From Octopus vulgaris (Eukaryota), in contig OX597814.1 of the NCBI GenBank assembly GCA_951406725.2, positions 223,014,001-223,078,000 on the forward strand: a stretch of DNA of 64,000 nt, written 5' to 3'. The notes below the pieces were generated by a model. That model had not been told where the DNA came from. It saw only the letters and a list, made by a program, of their open reading frames with translations, and made no database searches. Shown here in pieces: positions 29,390 to 41,094 of this stretch (position 1 is the stretch's first letter; the number at the start of each line of letters is the position of its first letter). The position numbers and the translations under genes are program-made.

Positions 29390-29420
29390 CGATGATGGCG
29401 ACGACGAGGATGATGATGAT
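29233..29420. repeat. (GAT)n/(GAC) trinucleotide repeat
   Basis: Direct reading. Confidence 0.9.
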
Positions 29421-30344
29421 GAGAAGGAGGAGAATAGTGCAGTTGCTTTCGCTGTTGTTGTTGCTGTTGTTGTTGGTGATAGTGGTTATACTGCTGAAGA
29501 GAGAAACGGACGACGGCGATAATTTTTTTCGGATGGCGATAGGGAATATCGATCGTGAAATCCGGAACTCTTGTCGATGATGGAGACGGTTGATGTTGTT
29601 GAATTAATTTTTGTTTCCCTGTCATTATGGCTTCACCAAAAGCAGCTTGTTTCCGATTTCTTTGAAGTACAATGGCCGTTAAGTATTTCAAGTGTTTGAA
29701 GAGTCTTTGAAGGCTTCTGTTTTGTCTGGCCTCTCGCAGAGAAATGGGTTTTCTTTGCCCACCGCTTGTTGTTTTTGCATTGATTGCCCTGGCTATTCCT
29801 TTTGCTTTCGTCACCGCTGATTGTTGCTGTTGATATTTTGTTATTGCTCATAGAGCTTTCCTTTCATATAGATATTAACTTGTATAGTACTACTTTGGAG
29901 AAAGTTTAACATGTGAGAAAATGTCTATAAGTGTGCAGGATCATACGTACGTCCACGTGAACGAGACTGTGCATATATTCACCTTGCGACGAAATTTATA
30001 TAGGAGTATTTTTGTGTACTGATGCGATTGTGTAAACATTTGTGTTGACATGTTACAGGTACGTGTGATTAACAGACACATATTTACAAACACAAAATAC
30101 ATGGACGTATGCAAATTTACACATATACATGTACATTTATATTTACAAACATATACGCAAAAAAGACAAAACAAAAAATGAATTGACACACAGTCAAGCA
30201 CGCTACGATGTTCAGGTATTATATATACACATGGATTTGTAAATGTTTGCGCACCAGCTCTATAAATAAGTTTGTGTCGGTCTATTCCGATGTATTTGAT
30301 ATACATACATACATACATACATAGATATAAATATATATATATAG

Positions 30345-30383
<39 letters not shown>

Positions 30384-30727
30384 TGTATATGTGTGTGTGT
30401 ATGTATGTATGTATATATATATGTACGTATATGTCTCTCTCTCTATATATATGTATATATATATATATATTTCTTTTATTCTTTTACTTGTTTGTCATTT
30501 GACTGCGGCCACGCTGGAGCACCGGCTTTAGTCGAGCTCATCGCCCACCAGCACTTATTCTTTGTGAGCCCAGTAATTATTATATCAATCTCTTTTGATA
30601 TTAGACGACGACTCACTCTGGAACTGAAATAGGTTCCCTGATTATGTATCATGAATGGTTATGCGAACCACTCCTAACGAAAGTCAGCCGTTTCTTTGAC
30701 CACTATATAAAAAGTATTAAGAAAATG

Positions 30728-31068
30728 TTATTACTTCCGGTTTAGAGAAGGCGGAGTTATTGCTTTCAGTGGCGCTTGCTTGTTTGTCCGTGGACAAGAT
30801 ATCTCAGGAACCGCTGGATTGGCCTTTTGACTGGCACGAACTGATTAGATTTGGGAATCGATCCGTTACCGAACAAGGATTCCGGATTATTTTCCCGTTA
30901 TTTTACTTAATTTTTGAGAGCGGTCAGGTTCATTTTTAGTATTCTCGTTTGTGAGAGCAGTTGAGCTTATTTCAGATATTCTCATTTTAAAAATTATCTC
31001 CAGTTAATCGCCGAGAGGGCGTTAGGGTTGCCTTGGCGGAGGTTTGCGCTCTCTGGGTGCTCTTTCTT
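30728..31068 (+). mobile_element. Helentron-associated (HINE/DINE-1-like) element
   Basis: Starts ttattacttccg...ggcggagttat and ends ggcggaggtttgcgctctctgggtgc followed by a T-run. Confidence 0.6.
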
Positions 31069-31389
31069 TTTTAGATATACTTTAATTTTAGTTGCTTTCA
31101 CTATGTTACGCTTGTTTATACTCTCATACATTCGAAGATCACAAACTTAATTATTTGTATTATGAATCATATTAGATAATATCAATATGATTATAAAATT
31201 TCTTAGTAGACGTTATTTTCTGTTTGGTCGACACTAATTTTCAAATTACCGGAGTCTGTTGCTCAACTCATAACGAATTATATCTGGTAAAAATACACCT
31301 ACACGATCTAATGTCTGGCCCTGTACCTTGTTTGCTGTGAATGCGTGAGCGGAATCTTTAGGGTTTCAAAAAATCAAACAAAGACTTAC

Positions 31390-31512
31390 CTCTCACTGTT
31401 CTATGTGAATAATGTCTGGACGTTCAGGTGCCATGGGTTATGTTGATTGACAAAACACATGTAAACAACAGCCGCTTCGATTAGCCGTTTCGAATCCTAC
31501 TCGAGACTGACA
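31390..31512 (-). promoter_or_regulatory. Candidate first exon / TSS region
   Basis: Minus strand: Inr-like TCAGT (31506-31510), forkhead TGTTTAC, a 13-aa uORF (31393-31434) and a consensus donor GAG|GTAAGT at 31389. Confidence 0.3.
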
Positions 31513-31549
31513 CAGTTCAATAACCACTAAATCACTTTTGATTTCTTTT

Positions 31550-32550
31550 TTAACTCAGTATCACCAAATAATCATACTTCTTTACATTTTTGTTGCTAAA
31601 AACCTTCCTGACTACACCTCCTTCGTAAACCCGAAAATCTTCGTGACCGTTGGTCCAGCCGTTTGACCGTGAAGAGGAAACAGACGGACGGACTGACAGA
31701 ACGCCCATTATAGTAAGATATCTATTATATAAAGTCCGTTCTGTCTGTCTGTCTGTCTGTGTGTCTTCAAGGATCTCGGGCATCCTCCATTCGATTGCGC
31801 TCAAATTTGATATGTAGATACCGACGGTATCAGGGCGTGTATAAGTCTTGAAATAATTACAAAAATCGATTCCCGGTGAGAATGCGATCGATAAAGCCGT
31901 GGGAACGTGCATTTGTACGCGCAAATACATCAGTACGCGAGAAAAATGCACGTGCAGTTTGCGCAAAAAAAAAGTCGGCTGGCTTGAAATAATAAAATTA
32001 GATACTTAGTTCCCTAGGTTGTTGCTTTTCATCAAAAATCGCCCCAAGTTGATTTCCTACATGTTTTATCGGATAAAATTATCATTGTCCCAGGTACGTT
32101 CTCATAAATTCATCATGCTTTTCCATCTAGATTTACCTCCAGCTAACCCATTTGCATGCATCGTTTTTGTCCTGCTTTTCTTCCGTCAACCTGTACATAA
32201 CTGCATCTTCTATTTTTTGTTGTTTTTGTACTGCTTAAAGGCACGTTTCTTTCCTGCCAAGCCTACTGTTTAAACCACGTTTGTGTTCTCCCAGTCAACA
32301 GCCTTATCATTACTGGTACTTTAAACTCTTCGGTTGCATATTTGTGTGAATAAAATCGTTTTTCTTTGGAATAGAAAAAAAGTCTATCTTTTTTTCTTCT
32401 TTCGCTGATATCTCAAATTTAGGTTAAATCAGTGTTTCTCAAAGGGGAGGCCTATGGGACGGTGGGACAAGTTGTTTTGAGAAAATTTGGTTTAAATGTT
32501 TGACAACACAGCACCGTCCATTGGACGGGGAGCGTTTTGCTTGTATATAT
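31550..32550. mobile_element. Two Helitron-like 5' ends abutting head-to-head (31550-31719 minus; 31721-32550 plus)
   Basis: Minus TCttactataatgggcgttctgtc and plus TCtattatataaagtccgttctgtc meet at aagata|tcta. The plus copy matches 858-1230. Confidence 0.55.
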
Positions 32551-34489
32551 ATATATTTACTTAATAGTGTATGATTGATCTGCATTTGAGAGATGCATTA
32601 GATTGCCAACCGTGGTATTTTTAAATAGGAAGTTCATTACTTTATTACCTTGCAGTGAATACATGCAATGAGCTCCGAGGCCATATTTACCTTCCTACAT
32701 ATATATATCTTCCATAGCATGGACTATAGATGTTTTCTTTAGTGGCCATCATTTTACTGAAAACTGGCTCTTCACTTTCACTTGAGCTACATTATTGGTG
32801 ATCACATCTATTACTTCCTTTCAAGCGTTCGTCGCAATGTAGTTGGATCTCATGAAGCAAAAAAGTGGTTATTTTGAGGTTCTACTCTTTCCGCTATATG
32901 AAGATATTTAAAATGAAAAGCGTCAGCGAATAAATCACCAACTATGATAAAAGAAACTGTATTGATTAAGTCTCGCTCAATATATTACTGGTAGTTTAGT
33001 GATGTATATTTTATCGATGAATGCCGAAATTACCAAAGCCAAAGCGAGGCGGCCAAGATTTCAGTCTCGAATATAGAATCAAAAGCGGTTATTTGAATTC
33101 GCAGAATACAGTACACTATCAATTTTGCCAAGTACATCGAAAAAAGAAAGCAAGCGTTCCTTGATTATTAGAGCCCATCGCTAATGCTGGAACAGGTGAA
33201 ATCATTTTTAGTATGTGTTTTAGTATTGAAAAGAGAATTGTAAATGTGAACACAGTATGTTCCATCGCATAACGTGAGGAAACAGAACGTGATACAATAT
33301 AATGTCCGTATAACTACTTTCGATTTTCTGTCAACAGAATTTGTTTTCATTTCTCGCTTAATTAATAGTTTATCAATTGCGTCATTGTGGAATCAGCAAG
33401 ATATTAATTAAGATAAAAAGGAAAGCATTTACATATGGCATAAACAGAATCATAATAATGGTCCATTCTGTTTTAAAGATAATTTTTTATTCTTTTTGAA
33501 TTTTATTTTCAGATATGATAAAATAGATAAAAAAGAATATTTACAAGCCTAATGCCATCTATTTTATCGCCGTAAATCTCAAAAGTTATTATAAGTTTCT
33601 GTTAAGTTTTAAAAGATTTCATAATTACCTCAAATTTAATTTATTTAGAATATTAAAAAGATTCTGTTTTTCTTTTTAATGAAATATCGTTTTACAAAAA
33701 CTCGTTTACCAGTATGAATATGTTCAAGATATAACTAAAAATTAGCGTCAAATTGTATCCCGAACCACGGCCTGCATATGTAGCGGTAGTGGATAAGATG
33801 AGAATCAATATCCACAAAATTTTACACACGGCACACACTCATATATATTATACAGCCATATCTACTTCCTATTTGATGTACAAACATAAAAAAATAATCC
33901 TCAATAATTAAGAGTTCAGTTAATAATATGTTATTAGGCTCCAACACGTTATTACATGGATATAAATCCAGGTGGGAGCAGTCTGTACGTATGAACACGT
34001 ACAGTTCAGAATTTATTTGTGATCAACAGCTGTTTCATTAAGAAAAAACATTATTAAATATATAATTATATAATTCTGTTACATAATGAATTTGAATTCA
34101 ATTAATTCAAAATCTGTGTTACCCAAATTATCAATCCTTATCCGATTAACATAGCACCAAGTTTCTAGTGGTATGGATACACATGACTTTTAAATAAATT
34201 TTAATAAGCTTAATTGGTTAATTATGTATCACAATTACGTAACTGTGTACCTATGCATTTAACGATGTTTATCTTGAAGAAGCAGCTAAAGAGCATTACT
34301 GAGGTATACACTGTATATTAATCTTTTGCCTTCCATTTTCTAAAAAACTGTATGCGTGTGCGTGCGTGCGTCTGTGTGTATGCGTGTGTGTGTTTGTATG
34401 ATGTGTGATGTGTGTATGTACATGTGCATGCATATAAAAAATAAATGTATGCATTTATAACACATTTGTACTTAGGAATGACTGTATCG

Positions 34490-34865
34490 AAAGAAGCGTG
34501 CTTCGCAACCACATTCTTCCGGGTTCAACCCCACTGCGTGGAACCTTGGGCAAGTGTCTTCTATTGTAGCGTGGACCGATTAAAACCTTGTGAGTGGAGT
34601 TGGTAGATGGAAACTGAAAGAATCCCATCGTATATATATATATATATGTAATTGTAATTGTGTGTCTGTGTTTGTCTCCCTACCATCGCTTGACAACCGA
34701 CGTTGGTGTGTTTACGTCCCCGTAACTTAGCCGTTCGGCAATAGATACTGATAGAATAAGTACTAGGCATACAAAGAATAAGCCCTGGGGTCGATTTGTT
34801 CGACTAAATGTGGTACTCTAACATGGATGCAGTCAAAATGACTGAAACAAATAAATGAATAAAAA
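34490..34865 (+). mobile_element. CORE-like tRNA SINE (family 2) with internal microsatellite
   Basis: gggttcaaccc B box, accttgggcaagtgtctt core, and a 3' half with cgtaacttagccgttcggc. Confidence 0.85.
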
Positions 34866-34994
34866 AATATTAATTCTACAATATACTAACATGATACATA
34901 CTAATCTAAAATAGTGCAAGGATAATTCTGTATATATACAGAGACATACAAACATCGTGCATACACATGTGTAAGCCACATATATCTATAATTA

Positions 34995-35186
34995 CAGTTC
35001 TATATTTAAGAGATGAGGAATTATGTACATTATTTACATTATTTACATTTGACGTATATTTGTCATCATCTTGTTTGTTGTTAATACAACGTTTCGGCTG
35101 ATATATCCACCAGTCTTCATAAAGTGTCTTGGGGAAATTTGAACCTGGGTTCTAATTCCAAACGTATTTTTCAGTTATTTTTATTA

Positions 35187-35256
<70 letters not shown>

Positions 35257-35330
35257 CATTATTATTATTCAGTTCACTACCTGAATCGAACTCGAATCTT
35301 GGGGTTAGTAGCCCGCGTTCTTAACCACAT
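34995..35330 (-). mobile_element. Copy of the 17922-18689 hammerhead-bearing family (core mutated)
   Basis: Minus strand gacac TTTATGA agactg...cagcc GAAACGTT at 35083-35130. Confidence 0.7.
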
Positions 35331-35344
35331 TGGTGTTTTTAAAC

Positions 35345-36599
35345 TTATGAATAATAATATCCCAATAAAAGAGGGAGGCCGTGGACTTTTACAACTGGGA
35401 TTAACAATGAAAATTGCAATAATTGGCCTAGACATCTACCTGAAAATCTCTGAGGACTCGATGTTAAAACCTGTCTCAAAGTATGGAAACAAGAAAGCAT
35501 CATACTCAGTAACAAAACAGGCAGAGGAATGTATAAGTGAATTCCAAATACAAATTCCAGAATTTGACGTACTGGAAACAAGCATAGAAAAAGCTAAGCG
35601 GAGGAAAATCCGTGCTAAAACTGCTGTCTTAGATATTTTTTACTAATAAATGGCAAAAAAACCTCTCGATGGCAAATACCCAAAGAGAGCTAATAATGCC
35701 GATGTTGACAAAGACCTGACCTATCACTGGCCTCTGGCTTAAAATCTGAATCAGAAGGTTTTATCATAGCAGCCCAAGATCGATGTTTATCTACAAGAAA
35801 CTGCAAGGCCAACATATTAAAGAACGGTAGCTTTCCAACATGTCGTGTATGTCAACAAAAGAAATGAGACCATTGATCATGTTGTCTCCATGTGCAGTCT
35901 TCTTGCGCCTACAGAGCATCCCAACAGGCATGATAGAGCTGCACAATATATTTACTGGGTAATTTCCAAAAATCTGGACTTGTCCCATGATAAAAACTGT
36001 TGGGAACACAAACCACCTCCAGTGCTTGAATATGATCACATCTCACTCCTCTGGAACTTCATCATTCAAACTGACAGAAAGATGGAGACAAATAGGCCAG
36101 ACATTATATTGAAAGACTTCAGACAAAAATCATGCCTCCTCATTGATATGACTGTCCCAATCGATATAAAACGTATCTGTCAAGACCTACCAAAAACTGA
36201 GCAAATATAAAGATCTTGAAATAGAAATTAGCAAAATGTAGAACCTGAAGACTAAAACAATACCTATAGTCATAGGTGCCCTGGGAATGATAGCAAAAGG
36301 GGCTGATTGATACCTAGCTCAGGAAACCCCAAAATGGCAGAAATTCAAAAGATAGTGCTCATGGGAACTGCCCATATCCTACTTAAAATACTATGTAATC
36401 TCAAATTTTAAAAGAAATTCAAAACTTTCTTATGTTTCCTTAAACATTCTCTAGAATAATGCGATGTACAAAACCAAATATCTGGCACTCTACGCATAAC
36501 ACCAGCATGAAATTCTAGCTTGCTGTCTCTTGAGGTCTCCGGGTGAGACTTGGAGCCAACTTGAACAAATGCAAAGCAAAACTCAAACTTAAAATAATA

Positions 36600-36600
<1 letters not shown>
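35345..36600 (+). mobile_element. R4/Dong-like LINE 3' region ending in (TAA)n
   Basis: EGGRGL, EGFIIAAQD, CRVC...ETIDHVVSMC...RHD (CCHC), NRPDII, IDMTVP and VIGALG motifs. Confidence 0.9.
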
Positions 36601-36645
<45 letters not shown>

Positions 36646-36856
36646 GCTAGTTGACCCTGTCCCATAGTGGCTGACGATATGTGCATGTCTGATTACAAGC
36701 AGAAGTAGTGGGGGAGCATCACAGCCGTGTGTTGAAAGGAATTCTTGGAGGTTTGGATAATTCACCTTTGGAAACATGGGTGGTTCGTTCAACATCCTCA
36801 AACAATACTTATTCAGGGACCTTTTCAGCGGGATGGGCTACTCGACCAGAACAAGA

Positions 36857-37071
36857 TTCGGATCTTTTCCTTTTGAACGGCACTTTGTAACATAATTTCT
36901 ATGTAACTAAAAAGTTTTAAACTTCGTATACTGGTAGAATGTGTTTATAAAACATCTTTTTCTCTTGGTTTTATTGAGAAAATTCTATAGGTTGTAACAT
37001 ATTTCGTTTAAAACTTTTTAGTTACCTAGAAATTATGTTACAAGGTGCCGTTCAAAAGGAAAAGATCCGAA
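36857..37071. mobile_element. MITE with ~65-bp TIRs, nested in another interspersed repeat (36645-37245)
   Basis: ttcggatcttttccttttgaacggcac...gtgccgttcaaaaggaaaagatccgaa. Confidence 0.85.
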
Positions 37072-37332
37072 GTTTCTAACTGGGTCCCACCAACAAGGTC
37101 ATGCGCTGTTTATCTTGATATGAGATCACTATGTCGCGCACATATGGTCGTGATGCATGTGCCTGATGTACCCTTATCAGACGGGTAGTCACAATGGGTA
37201 TACTGGGCCTCGTATATTTTACCCCAGCATACACTGCTCTCTCACTCAATAATAATAGTAATGATAATAATAATAATAAGAGCAACAACGAAAATACCTT
37301 AGGAATGAGAAACCAGGTTCGAAATTTTCCCC

Positions 37333-37381
37333 AAGACACCTGATGAAGGCTGGAGGGTATATTAGCCGAAACGTTGTGCTT
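37333..37381 (+). ncRNA. Minimal hammerhead ribozyme motif
   Basis: aagacac CTGATGA (37340) a ggctg-gagggtatat-tagcc GAAAC GTT gtgctt, with palindrome AACGTT. Confidence 0.7.
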
Positions 37382-37649
37382 AACAACAAACAAGATGAAG
37401 ATAAATATCCATCAAATGTAATTAATATAAATAATGTCTATACAATAAAATCACCGAATCGAAGTTATGAAATACAAAGCAGCTTTTATAAATCTTGAAC
37501 AATCAGACTGTTTTGACTGAAACATTATCATAACGGAGCTTTAATTTATTTTAGAAAATACCTACATCATATTTATTGCAACAGCCTACCGATAAATGTC
37601 AGGCACAACAACGCATACCAAAGTTCCACTAAATTACGCCAACGTAATA

Positions 37650-38051
37650 TTCTCTTCATATCTTCTCTAGGCGCAAGGTCCAAACTTTTGGGGGAGGATG
37701 CAGTCGATTAGATCGAATCCAGTACGCAACTGGTACTTAATTTATTGACCCCGAAAGGGTGAAAGGCAAAGTCGACATCAGCGGAATTTGAACGAAGAAC
37801 TTAAAGACAGACGAAATACTTATTTCTTTACTACCCACAAGGGGCTAAACACAGAGAGGACAAACAAGGACAGACAAACGGATTAAGTCGATTATATCGA
37901 CCACAGTGCGTAATTGGTACTTATTTAATCGACCCCGAAAGTATAAAAGACAAAATTGACCTCGGCGGAATTTGAACTCAGAACGTAACGGCAGATGAAA
38001 TACGGCAAATCATTTCGCCTGGCGTGCTAACGTTTCTGCCAGCTCTCCAAC
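37650..38051 (-). mobile_element. SINE family 1 heterodimer
   Basis: Two units joined at gacgaaatac|ttatttc. TSD ttacgcca(a/g)cgtaata at 37634-37649 and 38052-38067. Confidence 0.9.
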
Positions 38052-38299
38052 TTACGCCAGCGTAATACTGGAATATGAATTAAAAGAAAAAGGAATATTA
38101 TTACCATTTCTCGTAATTTGTAAATGCTTTCAGTATTTACCGGAAAGAAATATAGAAAATATTCCTGGACGATTTATTTGTATTTCGGGAGAAATTCTTA
38201 ATAACAGAATTTTAAAATACTAAAAATCCAATTTACTATGGAGGCGTATAAAACTTTTCTTAGATATGCTGGAGATAAAATTGAAAATACTAACTGATA

Positions 38300-38692
38300 T
38301 CTTTATATATAAAAGTCAAGTTGTGTGTCTGTCTCCTACGATTTAGATTCCTAACTACTCCCACATTTTGCGGTGCAGTTTAACCAAATTCGCGTATCTT
38401 ATAGTCGTGATTCATATCGAGCCCTTCTGGGTATTAGCGCGCGTCTATGATGAGTCTACGATTTAAAAAATAATTTAACATCATTTTTTTCCATTTTAAT
38501 GCATTTTTTCGCTATTATATAAGGGAAGTAACTCTCCAAAGATGTTTACGATGAGTCAATGATTTAAAAAAAATTACCATAATATTTTTCCATTTTTAAT
38601 GCATTGTTTGCTATTTTTTGGCTATAACTCTCTAAAAATGCTTTATAGTTATATCCCTTACAAACCCGAGCAACGCCGGGCGATACTGCTAG
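38300..38692 (+). mobile_element. Complete non-autonomous Helitron
   Basis: A|TC start, subterminal hairpin cccgagcaacgccggg and CTAG|T end, with no TSD. Confidence 0.9.
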
Positions 38693-39118
38693 TGTATTAT
38701 AAAACTATTGACTTAAGACAATACCTCCATTTTACATCATCACATCCGAAATACGTTCAAGTTAAAATTGCATCTGATTTAGAAAATTTGGTTGAGAGCA
38801 GTGAATTCCTCAAACATGAAATTAAGGAAAGAACGAATGGAAAGGGCTAGATATTAAAAGAAAACGCTTGAAAGTTTATTTAATATTTGCATTGAAAGAT
38901 GGGAACAAATTTACATTCAGGAAATACGAAAGAAATCTATATAAAATGTGTTAACATATTTCCCAAATTTTAACCTACAGACGTTTACTTTCCCTGAAAG
39001 CAATCTTCAGTAATTACTTATATTACTTCAAAACAAATCGATGAGAAAAAATTTTGAAGGCATTCACTCGCTGAGAATAAAATCGAGCGACATCTTTAAA
39101 ATATATATTACCAAACAT

Positions 39119-39586
39119 AGGCGCAGCAGTGGCTGTGTGGTAAGTAGCTTGCTTACCAACCACATGATTCCGGGTTCAGTCCAACTGCGTGGCACCTTGG
39201 GCAAGTGTCTTCTACTATAGCCTCGGGCCGATCAAAGCCTTGTGAGTGGATTTGGTACACGGAAAGTGAAAGAAGCCCGTCGTATACATACACACACACA
39301 CATATATATATATATAAAACATTTAAATAATGAGGGAGATAAATTTAATATTAATTTAATTAATATCAATTTAAAACCAGTAGCCTAGCATACAAAAATC
39401 TGAAAAATCAGAGCAAATTCTAATACATGTGTATATTTAAAGAGCAGAACCACTAGGTGGTCGGCCGTATGCTAGAAGTAGATCACTTTTGTAGTTTGAT
39501 CGTAGGTGATCTACTTTTAGCATACGGCCGACCACCTAGTGGTTCTGCCCTTTAAATATATATATATTAATATATATATATGTATT

Positions 39587-39619
<33 letters not shown>

Positions 39620-39842
39620 GTTTGTGTGTCTGCCTTTGTCCCTCCCAACATCACTTGACAACCGATGCTGGTGTGTTTACGTCCCCGTAACTTAGCTGTT
39701 CAGCAAAAGATACCGATAGACTAAGTACTAGGCTTACAAAGAATAAGTCCTGGGGTCGAATTGCTCGACGAAAGGCGGTGCTCCAGCATGGCAGCAGTCA
39801 AACGACTGAAACAAATTAAATAATAAAGGAATAAAAGAATAA
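39119..39842 (+). mobile_element. CORE-like SINE family 2 with a fold-back element nested in its internal microsatellite
   Basis: tggctgtgtgg A box, gggttcagtcc B box, accttgggcaagtgtctt core and aaagaata tail. Confidence 0.9.
39432..39560. repeat. Near-perfect hairpin with 55-bp arms
   Basis: 39432-39486 pairs with 39506-39560 with about two mismatches. Confidence 0.9.
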
Positions 39843-39912
39843 ACATAGAACTCCACGCGTAAACTAAAGAAGTAAAAATTAGAAAATGTGACAACGGCAA
39901 TTATGTATTAGA

Positions 39913-40129
39913 CTAGCTTAAGGTGACCCGTTGAATCGATAAAAATCACTGTTCTCAACATAGCAACCGCATCTTTCAAGATGGCGAGTTTTAAGCTACT
40001 CATCTCTCTGTTTCATCACGCATTCTATGCTTGTGTCAATTTTCAATTCGATCCGACCACTGGTCGGGCCGCCAACCTCTGACGTAGCAAAATGACACAA
40101 ACAAATCTTTCGCATTTCAGCTTTATAGA
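39913..40129 (-). mobile_element. Short non-autonomous Helitron
   Basis: Minus strand TCtataaagctgaaatgcg...cgggtcaccttaagCTAG|t. Confidence 0.6.
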
Positions 40130-41018
40130 TATTGAAAGGGACCGAATCCCATTCAAAGAAGGAACTAATTTCACAATTGAAATCATATTTTTGTCTTGCC
40201 CCGCAAATTTCATTCATGTTTTGAATTGGACAAGCTGAGGAGAACACTTCATTAAGTCAAACTGGCCGAGTAGCACTATCTGAGGAACAAGTTAGGTAGG
40301 TAAAGAACCCCCCTTGCAAATCTTACCCGTATCATCTCTTTACCAGTGTAACGATTCAGCTACAGACCCTGAATGTATGAAATCAATGAAATGCAAAGAA
40401 ATAAATGCATTGTGTTTTAATTGTCACAGCTTTGGTGCGTTCTCTAGATTACGAACATTGAAAAATATATTATTGCGTCACTACTTACTTAACGCTGACT
40501 CGGTTACCATCGTTGGAATGAAGCGTGTCTCTTCTTTTATTTTGTTATACATTGGTTTTTGAAATCATGCAAAAATATTTAATAATATTGTATTTTGAAA
40601 TTAGTTAAAACATTTCATATACCTCAAGCTATTCAATTATAGTTGAAAGCGGTAGGAAAGATGGATGACTATTTTTGTTCGATATTAAAATTATGCAAAA
40701 ATGTTCTATGGCATTATATTGTGAAAATTTTATAAATCTGAGGTAAAAAACAAATATTTTAGTGCATTTTAAGACTACTTTCCGCGTATACATACGTATA
40801 TATATGTACGGATATATATATGTACATGATATATATGCATAAATATAAATATATATATATATATATATATACATGTATATAAATATGTATATATATATAC
40901 ATATACATACATATATACATGCATATATATGTATATAAATATAAATATATAGATATATATATATATGTATGTATATAAATATATACATATATATATATAT
41001 ATCTATATATCATATATA

Positions 41019-41094
<76 letters not shown>

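Larger units (their letters stand above)
37480..38870 (+). pseudogene. Decayed Penelope-like reverse transcriptase split by a SINE dimer and a Helitron
   Basis: In order: FILENTY, SGTTTHTKVPLNYAN (GTAMGT..AP.YAN-like), FLDDLFVF, IQFTME, FLD and TD|VYYKTIDLRQYLHFTSSHP. Confidence 0.75.
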
